From Candidatus Methylomirabilia bacterium (GTDB taxonomy: Bacteria; Methylomirabilota; Methylomirabilia; Rokubacteriales; CSP1-6): a DNA stretch of 64,000 nucleotides. Both the position numbers and the translations under genes were made by a program. Location of the stretch: assembly GCA_041496385.1 (NCBI GenBank), contig JBGQEL010000001.1, positions 1 through 64,000 on the forward strand. The letters run 5' to 3'. Positions 8,865-17,634 of the stretch are shown one piece after another; within the stretch, counting starts at the first letter, position 1, and every line of letters starts with the position of its first letter. A model generated the notes under the pieces. It did not search any database, was not told the origin of the DNA, and saw nothing but the letters and a program-made list of their open reading frames with translations.

Positions 8865-9521
8865 TCATTGGATTTGAACGTGCATCAGCGGCGACGGCGT
8901 CGTGCCCGCCGCCGGAGAATCCCTCAGGTTGGCGATCGCCGCCATCATCGCGCGGCTCGCCGTCTCGTAGGCTCGCCTCCGGTCGGCGCCGGATCCCGCG
9001 CCGAAGCGCATGGGCTCGCCGAACACCACCCGGACCTTCACCGGTCGGATCATGCGCCGGCCCCTCGGCCACGCGCGCCCGCTGCCGCTCACGTAGACCG
9101 GCACGACGCTGGCGCCGCTCATGACGGCCAGCATCCCGGCCCCCGGCTTCGCCGGCCGCAGGTCGCCCTCGCGCTCGGCGCGCGTGCCCTCTGGGAAGAT
9201 CAGGAGCGCGCCCTCGTCCCTGAGGACCCGCAGCGCGGTGCGGAGCGCCGCCGGATCCGCGCTCTCGCGCCGGACCGGGCGCGCGCCGAGCGCGTGGATC
9301 AGCCGGCCGAAGAGCGGGACGCGGAACAGCTCCGCCTTCGCCAGGAACGACAGGCGGCGCGGGCACGCGCCGCCGACCATCGGCGGGTCGAGCAGGCTCG
9401 CGTGGTTCGCGACGAGCAGGATCGCTCCCGTCGCCGGCACCCGCTCCACGTGGACCGCCTCGAGCCGGAACAGCAGCCGCATGAGCACGACGGCCAGCGG
9501 TTTCAGGATCTGGTAGAGCAT
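8865..9521 (-). CDS. plsC: 1-acyl-sn-glycerol-3-phosphate acyltransferase
   Basis: NHASLLD (HX4D), FLAKAELF, FPEGTR; cmk-plsC-rpsA order. Confidence 0.9.
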   Translation of the reverse strand: MLYQILKPLAVVLMRLLFRLEAVHVERVPATGAILLVANHASLLDPPMVGGACPRRLSFLAKAELFRVPLFGRLIHALGARPVRRESADPAALRTALRVLRDEGALLIFPEGTRAEREGDLRPAKPGAGMLAVMSGASVVPVYVSGSGRAWPRGRRMIRPVKVRVVFGEPMRFGAGSGADRRRAYETASRAMMAAIANLRDSPAAGTTPSPLMHVQIQ

Positions 9522-10180
9522 TTCCGCTCGATCTCCGCCAGCATCCGGTCGACCACCTCGTCCACGGTCAGCGCGGACGTGTCCACCTCGATCGCGTCCG
9601 CGGCCTTCCGGAGCGGCGCGAGCTCGCGCGTGGTGTCCTGGATGTCGCGCACCGCGATCTGGTCCTTCACCGTCTCGAAGCCGGCGCCCCCGCCCCGCGC
9701 CCGGAGCTCCCGCTCCCGCCGTCGCGCCCGCTCGTCGAGCGAGGCGTCCAGGTAGAACTTCACCTCGGCGTCGGGGCACACGACGGTGCCGGTGTCGCGC
9801 CCCTCGAGGACCACCCCGCCCGGGGCGGCCTCCCGGCGCTGCAGCGGCGTCACCTTCTCCCGGACGGGCGCGCGCGTCGTGATCCGCGAGGTCAGGGCGC
9901 TGATCTCCGGCGTGCGGATCTGCGCGGTGACGTCCCGCCCGTTCAGGAGTACCCGGTCGCCCTGGAGCCGCACGTCCACGCCGGCGAGATGCGCGCGTAG
10001 CTGCGCCTCGCCCGCCTCGGCCCCGAGGCCGGCGTCGGCCACGCTGACGGCGAGGGCCCGGTACATCGCGCCCGTGTCGACGAAGCGGAAGCCGAGACGC
10101 GCGGCCAGCCGCCTGGCCACGGTGCTCTTGCCCGCCCCGGCCGGACCGTCGATCGTGATCACCGGATTCCTCGCGCGCAT
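9503..10180 (-). CDS. cmk: Cytidylate kinase
   Basis: ITIDGPAGAGKST, DTGAMYR, EGRDTGTVVCPDA. Confidence 0.97.
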   Translation of the reverse strand: MRARNPVITIDGPAGAGKSTVARRLAARLGFRFVDTGAMYRALAVSVADAGLGAEAGEAQLRAHLAGVDVRLQGDRVLLNGRDVTAQIRTPEISALTSRITTRAPVREKVTPLQRREAAPGGVVLEGRDTGTVVCPDAEVKFYLDASLDERARRRERELRARGGGAGFETVKDQIAVRDIQDTTRELAPLRKAADAIEVDTSALTVDEVVDRMLAEIERKCSTRS

Positions 10181-10185
10181 TCGAT

Positions 10186-10204
10186 CATTTCACCGCTCGC
10201 ACTA
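10186..10204. repeat. Collapsed copy of the mutL-miaA repeat in the aroA-cmk gap
   Basis: catttcaccgctcg-cacta matches the left arm and right end of the 58-bp unit without the central hairpin; abuts a TAG stop like the copy at 935. Confidence 0.5.
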
Positions 10205-11515
10205 CGCGTGCTCCACGAGGAGCGCCTCGGTGCCGGCCAGCGCGTTGAGCGTCTCGACGAACTGCGGGAACGACGTCGCCACGCACGCGGTGTCGTCGAT
10301 GAGCGTCTCCCCGTCCGCCACGAGCCCCGCGACGGCCAGCGCCATCGCCATGCGATGGTCGCCGCCGCTCGAGACCCGGGCGCCCCGGAGCCGCTGCGGA
10401 CCGGCGATCGCCATGCCGTCCGGCCGCTCCTCGATCCGGACGCCCATCTTGCCCAGCTCGCGCGCGAGCGCCGCGATCCGGTCCGACTCCTTCACGCGGA
10501 GCTCGGCCGCCTCGGTGATCGTCGTGACCCCGTGCGCGACGGCGGCGGCCACCGCGAGCACCGGGACCTCGTCGATGAGGCGCGGGATGAGCGCGCCCCC
10601 GATCGCGGCCGCCCTGAGCTCGCCGCTGCCGACCGTCAGGCTCGCCGTCGGCTCCCCCTCGTCCCGAGGGGAGGCCGCCGACTCTACCTTCGCGCCCATC
10701 GCCGCGAGGGCCTCGAGCACGCCCGTCCGCGTCGGATTGACCCCGACGCGCGCCATGGTCAGGCGCGCGTCGCCGACGATGCACCCCGCCACGAGGAAGA
10801 ACGCGGCCGAGGAGATATCGCCGGGCACGTGGACGGTCGTCGCGCGAAGCTCTCCGGGCGTGACGGTCACCGTGGTGCCGTCCACCTGCACGCGGGCGTC
10901 GAACTGACGCAGCATGCGCTCGGAGTGGTCCCGCGACGGCGTGGGCTCCGTGACCGACACGGGCCCGTCCGCGTAGAGCCCGGCGAGCAGGATCGCCGAC
11001 TTGACCTGGGCCGAGGCGACGGGCGACGCGTACGTGAGCGCGCGCAGGGGGCGCGCCCCCCGCACGGCCAGCGGCAGGCGCGTCGCGTCCTTGCGTCCGA
11101 CGACCGTGGCGCCCATCCAGGCGAGCGGCTCGGCGACGCGGCCCATCGGCCGCCGCCGGAGCGACTCGTCCCCCGTGAGCATGGTCCAGAACGGCTGCCC
11201 CGCGAGCACACCGAGCAGGAGCCGCGCCGTCGTCCCCGAGTTGCCGCAGTCCACCACGTCGCCCGGCTCGGTCAGCCCGTGCCGCCCCGCGCCGGTGATG
11301 CGGTAGTGGCCGGGCCCCTTCCGTGTCACGTCGGCGCCCAGCGCCTGGATGGCGGTGATCGTCCGGAGGCAGTCCTCGCCTTCGAGGTAGCCGTGGATCT
11401 CGGTCGCGCCGTCGGCGAGCGCGCCGAGGAGCGCCGCGCGGTGGGAGACGGACTTGTCTCCCGGCACCTCGACCGCGCCCCGCAGGCGCGACACCGGCCG
11501 GACGCGGAGCCTCAC
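10202..11515 (-). CDS. aroA: 3-phosphoshikimate 1-carboxyvinyltransferase (class II EPSP synthase)
   Basis: VPGDKSVSHRA, DCGNSGTTARL, SAQVKSA, RDHSERML, ELRVKESDRI, DHRMAM. Confidence 0.97.
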   Translation of the reverse strand: MRLRVRPVSRLRGAVEVPGDKSVSHRAALLGALADGATEIHGYLEGEDCLRTITAIQALGADVTRKGPGHYRITGAGRHGLTEPGDVVDCGNSGTTARLLLGVLAGQPFWTMLTGDESLRRRPMGRVAEPLAWMGATVVGRKDATRLPLAVRGARPLRALTYASPVASAQVKSAILLAGLYADGPVSVTEPTPSRDHSERMLRQFDARVQVDGTTVTVTPGELRATTVHVPGDISSAAFFLVAGCIVGDARLTMARVGVNPTRTGVLEALAAMGAKVESAASPRDEGEPTASLTVGSGELRAAAIGGALIPRLIDEVPVLAVAAAVAHGVTTITEAAELRVKESDRIAALARELGKMGVRIEERPDGMAIAGPQRLRGARVSSGGDHRMAMALAVAGLVADGETLIDDTACVATSFPQFVETLNALAGTEALLVEHA

Positions 11516-12360
11516 CGGAGCGCCTCGCGCGCGGCCTTGATGCGCGCCAGGAGCGCGCGGATCTCGTCGCGCGAGCCCGACTCGATCGCCCGCTGCAGCT
11601 CGTCGAGGGCGGCGCGGAACGCCGCCAGGCTGCCGCCGAGCGCGGCGCGGTTGGCGACGAAGATGTCGGCCCACATGTCGGGATCGGACGCGGCGATCCG
11701 CGTCGTGTCCTTGAATCCGCGCGCCGCGAACTCGAGCGCCTCGGGCGTGGTGCGCGCGACCGCGTCCATGAGCGCGTCGGCGACCGCGTGAGGCAGGTGG
11801 CTGATCGCGGCGACCGCGCGGTCGTGCGCCTCGGGGTCGAGCGCGCTGACGCGGGCCCCCATCGCCTCCCAGAATCCCGTCACCGCCTTGAGCGCTCGCG
11901 GCTCGGTCCGATCGGTCGGCGTCACGATCACGATCGCGCCCTGGAAGAGATCGTGCCGCGCGACGCCGTACCCGCTCTTCTCCGACCCAGCCATCGGGTG
12001 ACTCCCCACGAAGGCGAGCGGGTGCCCGACGGCCAGGTGCTCCGCCCGGCGTACGATGGCCGCCTTCGTGGAGCCGACGTCCGTCAGGGTCGCCCCGGCC
12101 TGGGCCGCGCGCCAGACCCGCTCGAGCAGCGCCTCGATCGTCAGGACCGGTGCCGCGAGCAGGACGAAGTCCGCGCCGGCGACGCCCGTCTCGAGGTCGG
12201 TGGTGACACGGTCGAGCGCGCCGTCGGCGCGCGCGGCCTCGAGGCGCGCCGCGTCGCGCCCGATGCCGACGATGTGGCGGGCCAGCTCTCCCCGACGGGC
12301 GGCCTTCGCGACCGAGCCCCCGAGGAGACCGACCCCCACGATCGCCAGCGTCTCGATCAC
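11512..12360 (-). CDS. tyrA: Prephenate/arogenate dehydrogenase
   Basis: GVGLLGGS, TDVGSTK, HPMAGSE, SHLPH, GFKDTTRIA. Confidence 0.95.
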   Translation of the reverse strand: MIETLAIVGVGLLGGSVAKAARRGELARHIVGIGRDAARLEAARADGALDRVTTDLETGVAGADFVLLAAPVLTIEALLERVWRAAQAGATLTDVGSTKAAIVRRAEHLAVGHPLAFVGSHPMAGSEKSGYGVARHDLFQGAIVIVTPTDRTEPRALKAVTGFWEAMGARVSALDPEAHDRAVAAISHLPHAVADALMDAVARTTPEALEFAARGFKDTTRIAASDPDMWADIFVANRAALGGSLAAFRAALDELQRAIESGSRDEIRALLARIKAAREALR

Positions 12361-13469
12361 GCGGGCTTCTTCCCGAGCACGTCCCGGAGCGCCTTGACGA
12401 GCTTGCGGTTCTCTTCCGGCGTCCCGACCGTGATCCGCAGCGCGGTCTCCATCCCGAAGGGCGTCATCGGGCGCACGATCACGCCGTGGTGGAGGAGCTT
12501 CTGGTAGATCTCGGCGGCGCTCCGCCCGACGTCCACGAGGATGAAGTTCGCGCGCGAGGGCACGTACGCGACGCCGAGGTTCTTGAACTCGTCGTAGAGG
12601 AAGTGACGCCCGGCCTCGATCATGCGGACGCACTCCAGCACGTGACTCTCGTCCTCCAGCGCCGCCAGCGCCGCCACCTGGGCGAGCGAGTTGACGTTGA
12701 AGGGCTGGCGGATCCGGTTCATGAGCGCGATCGCGTCGGCGTCGGCGACGCCGTAGCCGACCCGCAGCCCCGCGAGGCTCGCGGCCTTCGAGAACGTCCG
12801 CAGGACGACGACCTTCCGGCCCTGCTTGACATACTGGAGCGTGTCGGGAAAGTCCGGGCCGAGGGCGAACTCGATGTAGGCCTCGTCGAAGATGACGATG
12901 GTCCGGTCGGGCACGCGCGACATGAAGTGCTCGACCTCGTCGGCCGTCACGAGCGTGCCGGTCGGATTGTTCGGGTTGGCGATGAAGACCATCTTGGTCA
13001 TCGGCGTGATCGCGCGCGCCATGGCCTCGAGGTCGAGACGGTAGTCCTTCAGCATGACCATCACCCGGACGCCGCCGGCGGCCTGGACGATCATCGGGTA
13101 GACGACGAAGGACGGGTGCGGCATGATGGCCTCGTCGCCCGGCCGGAGAAAGGCCCGGACGAGCAGCTCGATCAGCTCGTTCGAGCCGTTGCCGAGGACG
13201 ACCTGCTCGGGCATGAACCCGTGCTTCTTGGCGATCGCCTGTCGCAGGTAGAACGCGCTGCCGTCGGGATAGCGGTTGCCGCTGTGGAGCGCCGCGATGA
13301 TCGCCCGCTGCACCCGGTCGGACGGCGGCAGCGGGTTCTCGTTCGAGGCCAGCTTGATCGCGTCGTGGATGCCGAACTCGCGCTCGAGCTCCTCGATCGG
13401 CTTCCCCGGTTCGTACGGCGCGATGCCCAGGATGTGCTCATTCGCGAGCGATTCCCACTGCGTTGGCAT
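12357..13469 (-). CDS. hisC: Histidinol-phosphate / aromatic aminotransferase
   Basis: YEPGKP, KLASNENP, NPNNPTG, DEAY, RTFSKAASLAGLRVGY; SD AAGGAG. Confidence 0.95.
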   Translation of the reverse strand: MPTQWESLANEHILGIAPYEPGKPIEELEREFGIHDAIKLASNENPLPPSDRVQRAIIAALHSGNRYPDGSAFYLRQAIAKKHGFMPEQVVLGNGSNELIELLVRAFLRPGDEAIMPHPSFVVYPMIVQAAGGVRVMVMLKDYRLDLEAMARAITPMTKMVFIANPNNPTGTLVTADEVEHFMSRVPDRTIVIFDEAYIEFALGPDFPDTLQYVKQGRKVVVLRTFSKAASLAGLRVGYGVADADAIALMNRIRQPFNVNSLAQVAALAALEDESHVLECVRMIEAGRHFLYDEFKNLGVAYVPSRANFILVDVGRSAAEIYQKLLHHGVIVRPMTPFGMETALRITVGTPEENRKLVKALRDVLGKKPA

Positions 13470-13478
13470 GCTCTCTCC

Positions 13479-14540
13479 TTATGCGGCCGGGTAGGACCCC
13501 AGCACCTTCAGGAACAGGGTCCGTTCCCCGATCTCTCTCAGCACGGTCTCGACCTCGGGGGTGGCGCGATGGCCCTCGAGGTCGACGAAGATGACGTACT
13601 CCCAGGGCCCCTGCTTGGCCGGCCGCGACTCGATCTTCGTGAGGTTGATCCCCGAGCGCGCGAGCGGCTCGAGGATCCGGAAGAGTGAGCCCGGCTCGTT
13701 CTTCATCGCGAACAGGATCGTCGTCTTGTCGCGCCCCGTGGCCGGGACGGCGCGGCGACCGACGACCAGGAAGCGGGTCGCGTTGTGAGGGTTGTCCTCG
13801 ATGCGCGAGCGGAGGGCCGGCACGCTGTAGAGGCGCCCGGCCAGCTCGGACGCGATGGCCGCGACCGTCGCGTCGCCGGCCGCCAGCTCGGCCGCGGCCG
13901 CCGTGGAGGTCGTCTCCTCCGTGGCCGCGTCGGGCAGGTGCTCGGCGAGCCAGCGGCGGCACTGGGCCAGCCCCTGTGGATGCGAGGCCACGCGCTTGAT
14001 CTCGGCCAGGTCCCGCGCGCGCGTGAGGAGCTGCTGGGCGATCTCGAGGCGGAGCTCGCCGCAGATCACCACGTCGGAGACGCTGAGCCGGTCGAGGGTG
14101 ACGTTGACCGCGCCCTCCGTGCTGTTCTCGACGGGCACCACGCCGTAGTCGGCGCGCCCCCGCTCCACGTCGTCGAAGATCTCGGCGATCGTGCGCGCGG
14201 GCCGGTAGCCGGCGCCCGCGCCGAAACGCTGGAGCGCCGCCTGGTGGGTGAACGTGGCCTGCGGCCCGAGGTAGGCCACCGTCAGTGGGGCCTCCAGGGC
14301 CCGGCACGCGGACAGGATCTCGCGCCAGACGGTCGCGATCGATTCGGCGGCCAGCGGCCCGGTGTTCGACCCGATCAACCGGCGCAGGATCTCGGCTTCA
14401 CGCTCCGGCGCATACGTCGGCGCCGCCTGACGTCGTTTGAGGTCTCCGATCTGGAGGGCGGCCTCGGCGCGTTGGGTGAGGAGCTGAAGGATTTGGTTGT
14501 CGAGGTCGTTGATCCTGGAACGCCAATCGTCCAGGTTCAT
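13479..14540 (-). CDS. pheA: Bifunctional chorismate mutase/prephenate dehydratase (P-protein)
   Basis: N-terminal AroQ domain, YLGPQATFT, VPVENSTEG, NATRFLV, ACT domain NLTKIESRP. Confidence 0.97.
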   Translation of the reverse strand: MNLDDWRSRINDLDNQILQLLTQRAEAALQIGDLKRRQAAPTYAPEREAEILRRLIGSNTGPLAAESIATVWREILSACRALEAPLTVAYLGPQATFTHQAALQRFGAGAGYRPARTIAEIFDDVERGRADYGVVPVENSTEGAVNVTLDRLSVSDVVICGELRLEIAQQLLTRARDLAEIKRVASHPQGLAQCRRWLAEHLPDAATEETTSTAAAAELAAGDATVAAIASELAGRLYSVPALRSRIEDNPHNATRFLVVGRRAVPATGRDKTTILFAMKNEPGSLFRILEPLARSGINLTKIESRPAKQGPWEYVIFVDLEGHRATPEVETVLREIGERTLFLKVLGSYPAA

Positions 14541-14578
14541 AGAGACTCCTGCGAACCGAACTATCCCTGATCGCGGGC

Positions 14579-14608
14579 ATTATAGTCTCGCCAGTCGGGC
14601 AAGAGCAA
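14579..14608 (-). promoter_or_regulatory. Sigma70-type promoter of pheA
   Basis: Minus strand TTGCTC-N18-TATAAT, then a short leader with SD AGGAG. Confidence 0.6.
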
Positions 14609-14609
14609 G

Positions 14610-15356
14610 TCAAGGGCCCCTCCGGTTGGACCCCTGCTCCGCGACGGCGCCCCGGAGCGCCCGCACCTCCTGGGACGTCAGGCGGCGGGAGGCACCGGGC
14701 GCGAGGTCGCCCAGCGCGATGGGTCCGAAGGCGACGCGCCGGAGTCGCGAGACGCGATGCCCGAGGGCTTCGCAGTAGCGCTTCACCTCGTGCTTCCGTC
14801 CTTCCGTGAACGTGAGCCGCAGGCGGCTGCTCCGGCTCCCCGAGTCGAGCAGTAGGACCGCCAGCGGCACGGCGCGCCCGTCCCCCAGGGCGACGCCGCG
14901 GCGCCAGCGCTCGAGGCCTCCGGGCTCCACGCGGCCCTCCACTTCGGCCTCGTAGACGCGCGGGAGCTCGTAGCGCGGGTGCAACAAGCGGTGGGTGAGC
15001 GGCCCGTCGTTCGTGAGGAGGAGCGCGCCCTCGACGTCCCAGTCGAGGCGCCCGACCGGGTACAGGCGCACCCCACCCCGGACGAGCTCGGCCACGATCG
15101 GCCGCCCTTGCGGGTCCGAGAGCGTCGTGACGTATCCGCGCGGCTTGTGCAGGAGCACGTACTCGTGCTCCTGCGCGGCCGGGAGGGGGCGCCCCTCGAC
15201 GGTGATGACGTCCGTGTCGGGATCCGCGAGGGTGGCGAGGCTGCGCGTGACCACGCCGTTGATCGCGACGTGGCCCTCCGCGATCAGACGGTCACCCCCC
15301 CGTCGGGATGTCAGCCCCGCCTGCGCCAGGATCTTGTTGAGTCTCAGCTTGGCCAT
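14610..15356 (-). CDS. rluB: rRNA pseudouridine synthase (RluB/RsuA family)
   Basis: S4 domain RLNKILAQAG..SRR, HKPRGY, YPVGRLD, LLLTNDG; scpAB-rluB order. Confidence 0.88.
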   Translation of the reverse strand: MAKLRLNKILAQAGLTSRRGGDRLIAEGHVAINGVVTRSLATLADPDTDVITVEGRPLPAAQEHEYVLLHKPRGYVTTLSDPQGRPIVAELVRGGVRLYPVGRLDWDVEGALLLTNDGPLTHRLLHPRYELPRVYEAEVEGRVEPGGLERWRRGVALGDGRAVPLAVLLLDSGSRSSRLRLTFTEGRKHEVKRYCEALGHRVSRLRRVAFGPIALGDLAPGASRRLTSQEVRALRGAVAEQGSNRRGP

Positions 15357-15891
15357 GCTCGGCGACCGCCGCCAGCTCGGGCACGACCAGCTCGCCCTCG
15401 ACCTTGGGCAGGTCGCTGAGGTCGCGCAGGCCGAACGCCACGAGAAACTCGCGCGTGGTCTCGAAGAGGTAGGGCCGGCCCGGGGCCTCCTTGCGGCCCG
15501 TGATCCGGATCAGGCGCCGCTCGAGCAGATTCTCGAGCACCCCATCGGAGTTCACGCCGCGGATGGCGTCGACCTCCGGGCGCGAGACGGACTGCTTGTA
15601 GGCGACGATCGCCAGCGTCTCGAGCGCGGGACGGGACAGCCGCTGCTTCGTCCGCGCCCGTGCGAGCTTCACGAGCCACGGGGCGAGCTCGGGTCGCGTG
15701 ACCATGCGGTAGCCCCCGCCGACCTCGGCGATCATGAGGCCGCGGTTCTGGTAGCGGGCGCGGAGCTCCTCGACCAGCTCTCGGGCCGTGGCCGCGCTCT
15801 CGAGGTCGAGCACCTCGCGGATGCGCTCGGCCTCCAGCGGCGTGTCGGACGCGAAGAGCAGGGCTTCGACGACGTCAGTTGGCGTCGGCAT
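15292..15891 (-). CDS. scpB: SMC-Scp complex subunit ScpB
   Basis: VEALLFAS, RLSRPALETLAIVAYKQ, IDAIRGV-like VDAIRGVNS, GRKEAPGRP. Confidence 0.95.
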   Translation of the reverse strand: MPTPTDVVEALLFASDTPLEAERIREVLDLESAATARELVEELRARYQNRGLMIAEVGGGYRMVTRPELAPWLVKLARARTKQRLSRPALETLAIVAYKQSVSRPEVDAIRGVNSDGVLENLLERRLIRITGRKEAPGRPYLFETTREFLVAFGLRDLSDLPKVEGELVVPELAAVAEHGQAETQQDPGAGGADIPTGG

Positions 15892-16648
15892 GCGTGTCCC
15901 CAGTCTGGCGCTCGATGACGATTTCTCCGAACAGCTCGCTCTGCTGAGTCTTGATCTGGCCCAGGCGCACCAGCTCGAGCACCGCGAGCAGCGTCACGAT
16001 GATCTCCGAGCGCCGTCGCTCCCCGCCCGTGAGCGAGGAGAAGAGCAGCGACCACGTGTCGCGCAGCAGCGTGAGGATCTCGGCCATCCGCTCGAGGATC
16101 GAGGGCGGGTTGGGCTCGATCGCGCGGGGCCGCCGGCGGAGATGCTCCTCGATCAGCCGCCGCACCGCACGCTCGAGCTGGTGGACGGAAAGGTCCTCGA
16201 GCGGCACGTCCTCGGGCGGCGGCAGCGCGCTCGACGGCCGGCCCCAGAGGAGCGCCTGCGCGGACTCGCGCTCGGCGAGCCAGCCGCCCAGCGTCTTCAC
16301 GCGCGCGTACTCCCGAAGCCGCTCCTCGAGCTCGAGGCGCAGCGCCTCGCCCTCCTCGTCGAGCACCTCGACGGCGTTCTCGTCGGGCGGGACGAGCAGC
16401 TTCGACTTGAGGTAGATCAGCGTCGCGGCCATCACGAGATAGCCGCCCGTGGTCTCGAGGTCGCGGAACTCCATCGCCTCGAGGTGGCCGAGGTACTGGT
16501 CGGTGATCGCGCGGACCGGCAGCCGCGCGAGGTCGATCTCGTTGGTGCGGCAGAGATGGAGGAGCAGGTCGAACGGGCCCTCGAACCCCCCGACGCGCAG
16601 CGTGAGGTCGCGCGACGCCTCGGCCGTCCGTGCCGTCGCCTCGCTCAT
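15875..16648 (-). CDS. scpA: Kleisin ScpA
   Basis: FEGPFDLLLHL, YLVMAATLIYLKSKLL, TLLAVLELVR, QSELFGEI. Confidence 0.95.
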   Translation of the reverse strand: MSEATARTAEASRDLTLRVGGFEGPFDLLLHLCRTNEIDLARLPVRAITDQYLGHLEAMEFRDLETTGGYLVMAATLIYLKSKLLVPPDENAVEVLDEEGEALRLELEERLREYARVKTLGGWLAERESAQALLWGRPSSALPPPEDVPLEDLSVHQLERAVRRLIEEHLRRRPRAIEPNPPSILERMAEILTLLRDTWSLLFSSLTGGERRRSEIIVTLLAVLELVRLGQIKTQQSELFGEIVIERQTGDTHADAN

Positions 16649-17634
16649 GGCGTGAGGTTCACCGCGGCCCGGACCTCGGCCATCGTCTCCTGCGCGACCG
16701 CGCGCGCCCGGCGCGAGCCCTCGTCGAGGATCTGGACGATGAGATCGGGCTTCTCGGCGAACTTCTGCCGCCGCTCGCGGATGCCGCCGAGCACGGGCTG
16801 GAGATACTTGAGCAGGACGTCCTTGCAGTCGAGACACCCGATCCCCGCCGTCCGGCAGCCCGTCGCGCAGGCCTCGCGCTCCGGGGCGGGCGTGAAGATC
16901 TTGTGCAGATCGAACACCGGGCATATGTCCGGGTTCCCGGGATCGCTCCGGCGCTTTCGCGCCGGGTCCGTCATCATCGGCTTCACCTTCCGCGTGATCT
17001 CCTCGGGCGGATCCGACAGGAGGATCGCGTTGCCGTAGGACTTCGACATCTTCCGCCCGTCCGTGCCGGGAACCTTCGGGATCTCCGTCAGCTTCGCGTC
17101 GGGCTCGGGGAAGACCGGCGCGAAGGCGTGGTTGAACCGCCGCGCCACCTCGCGCGTGAGCTCGACGTGCGGGACCTGGTCGATGCCCACGGGCACCCAG
17201 CGTGGCTTGTACATGAGGATATCGGCCGACTGGAGGAGCGGATACCCGAGCAGCCCGTACGATGGCGAGGCGATCCCCTGCTGCTCGATCCGCTCCTTGT
17301 AGGTCGGCACGCGCTCCAGCCACCCCACGGGCGTGATCATCGAGAAGAGCAGGTGGAGCTCCGCATGCTCCGGCACGAGCGACTGGATGAACAGCGTCGA
17401 GCGCTCGGGGTCGAGACCGGCGCCTAGCCAGTCGGCCAGCATCTCGATGGTGTCCGCGGGCACGTTCGCGGTCTCGTGGTCGTCGGTCAGGGCATGCCAG
17501 TTCGCGACGAAGTAGAAGCAGTCATACGCGTCCTGCAGCTTGACCCAGTTGTCGAGCGCCCCCAGGTGGTTCCCCAGATGGATCTTCCCGGACGGTCGCA
17601 TGCCCGAGAGCACGCGTTCCTTCACCCTGGTCAT
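16645..17634 (-). CDS. trpS: Tryptophan--tRNA ligase
   Basis: SGMRPSGKIHLGN, YPLLQSADIL, VPVGIDQ, KMSKS. Confidence 0.97.
   Translation of the reverse strand: MTRVKERVLSGMRPSGKIHLGNHLGALDNWVKLQDAYDCFYFVANWHALTDDHETANVPADTIEMLADWLGAGLDPERSTLFIQSLVPEHAELHLLFSMITPVGWLERVPTYKERIEQQGIASPSYGLLGYPLLQSADILMYKPRWVPVGIDQVPHVELTREVARRFNHAFAPVFPEPDAKLTEIPKVPGTDGRKMSKSYGNAILLSDPPEEITRKVKPMMTDPARKRRSDPGNPDICPVFDLHKIFTPAPEREACATGCRTAGIGCLDCKDVLLKYLQPVLGGIRERRQKFAEKPDLIVQILDEGSRRARAVAQETMAEVRAAVNLTP

Noticed and set aside
14541..14578. pheA attenuator / leader peptide
   Set aside because: The leader is only about 30 nt, with no Phe-rich peptide or terminator.
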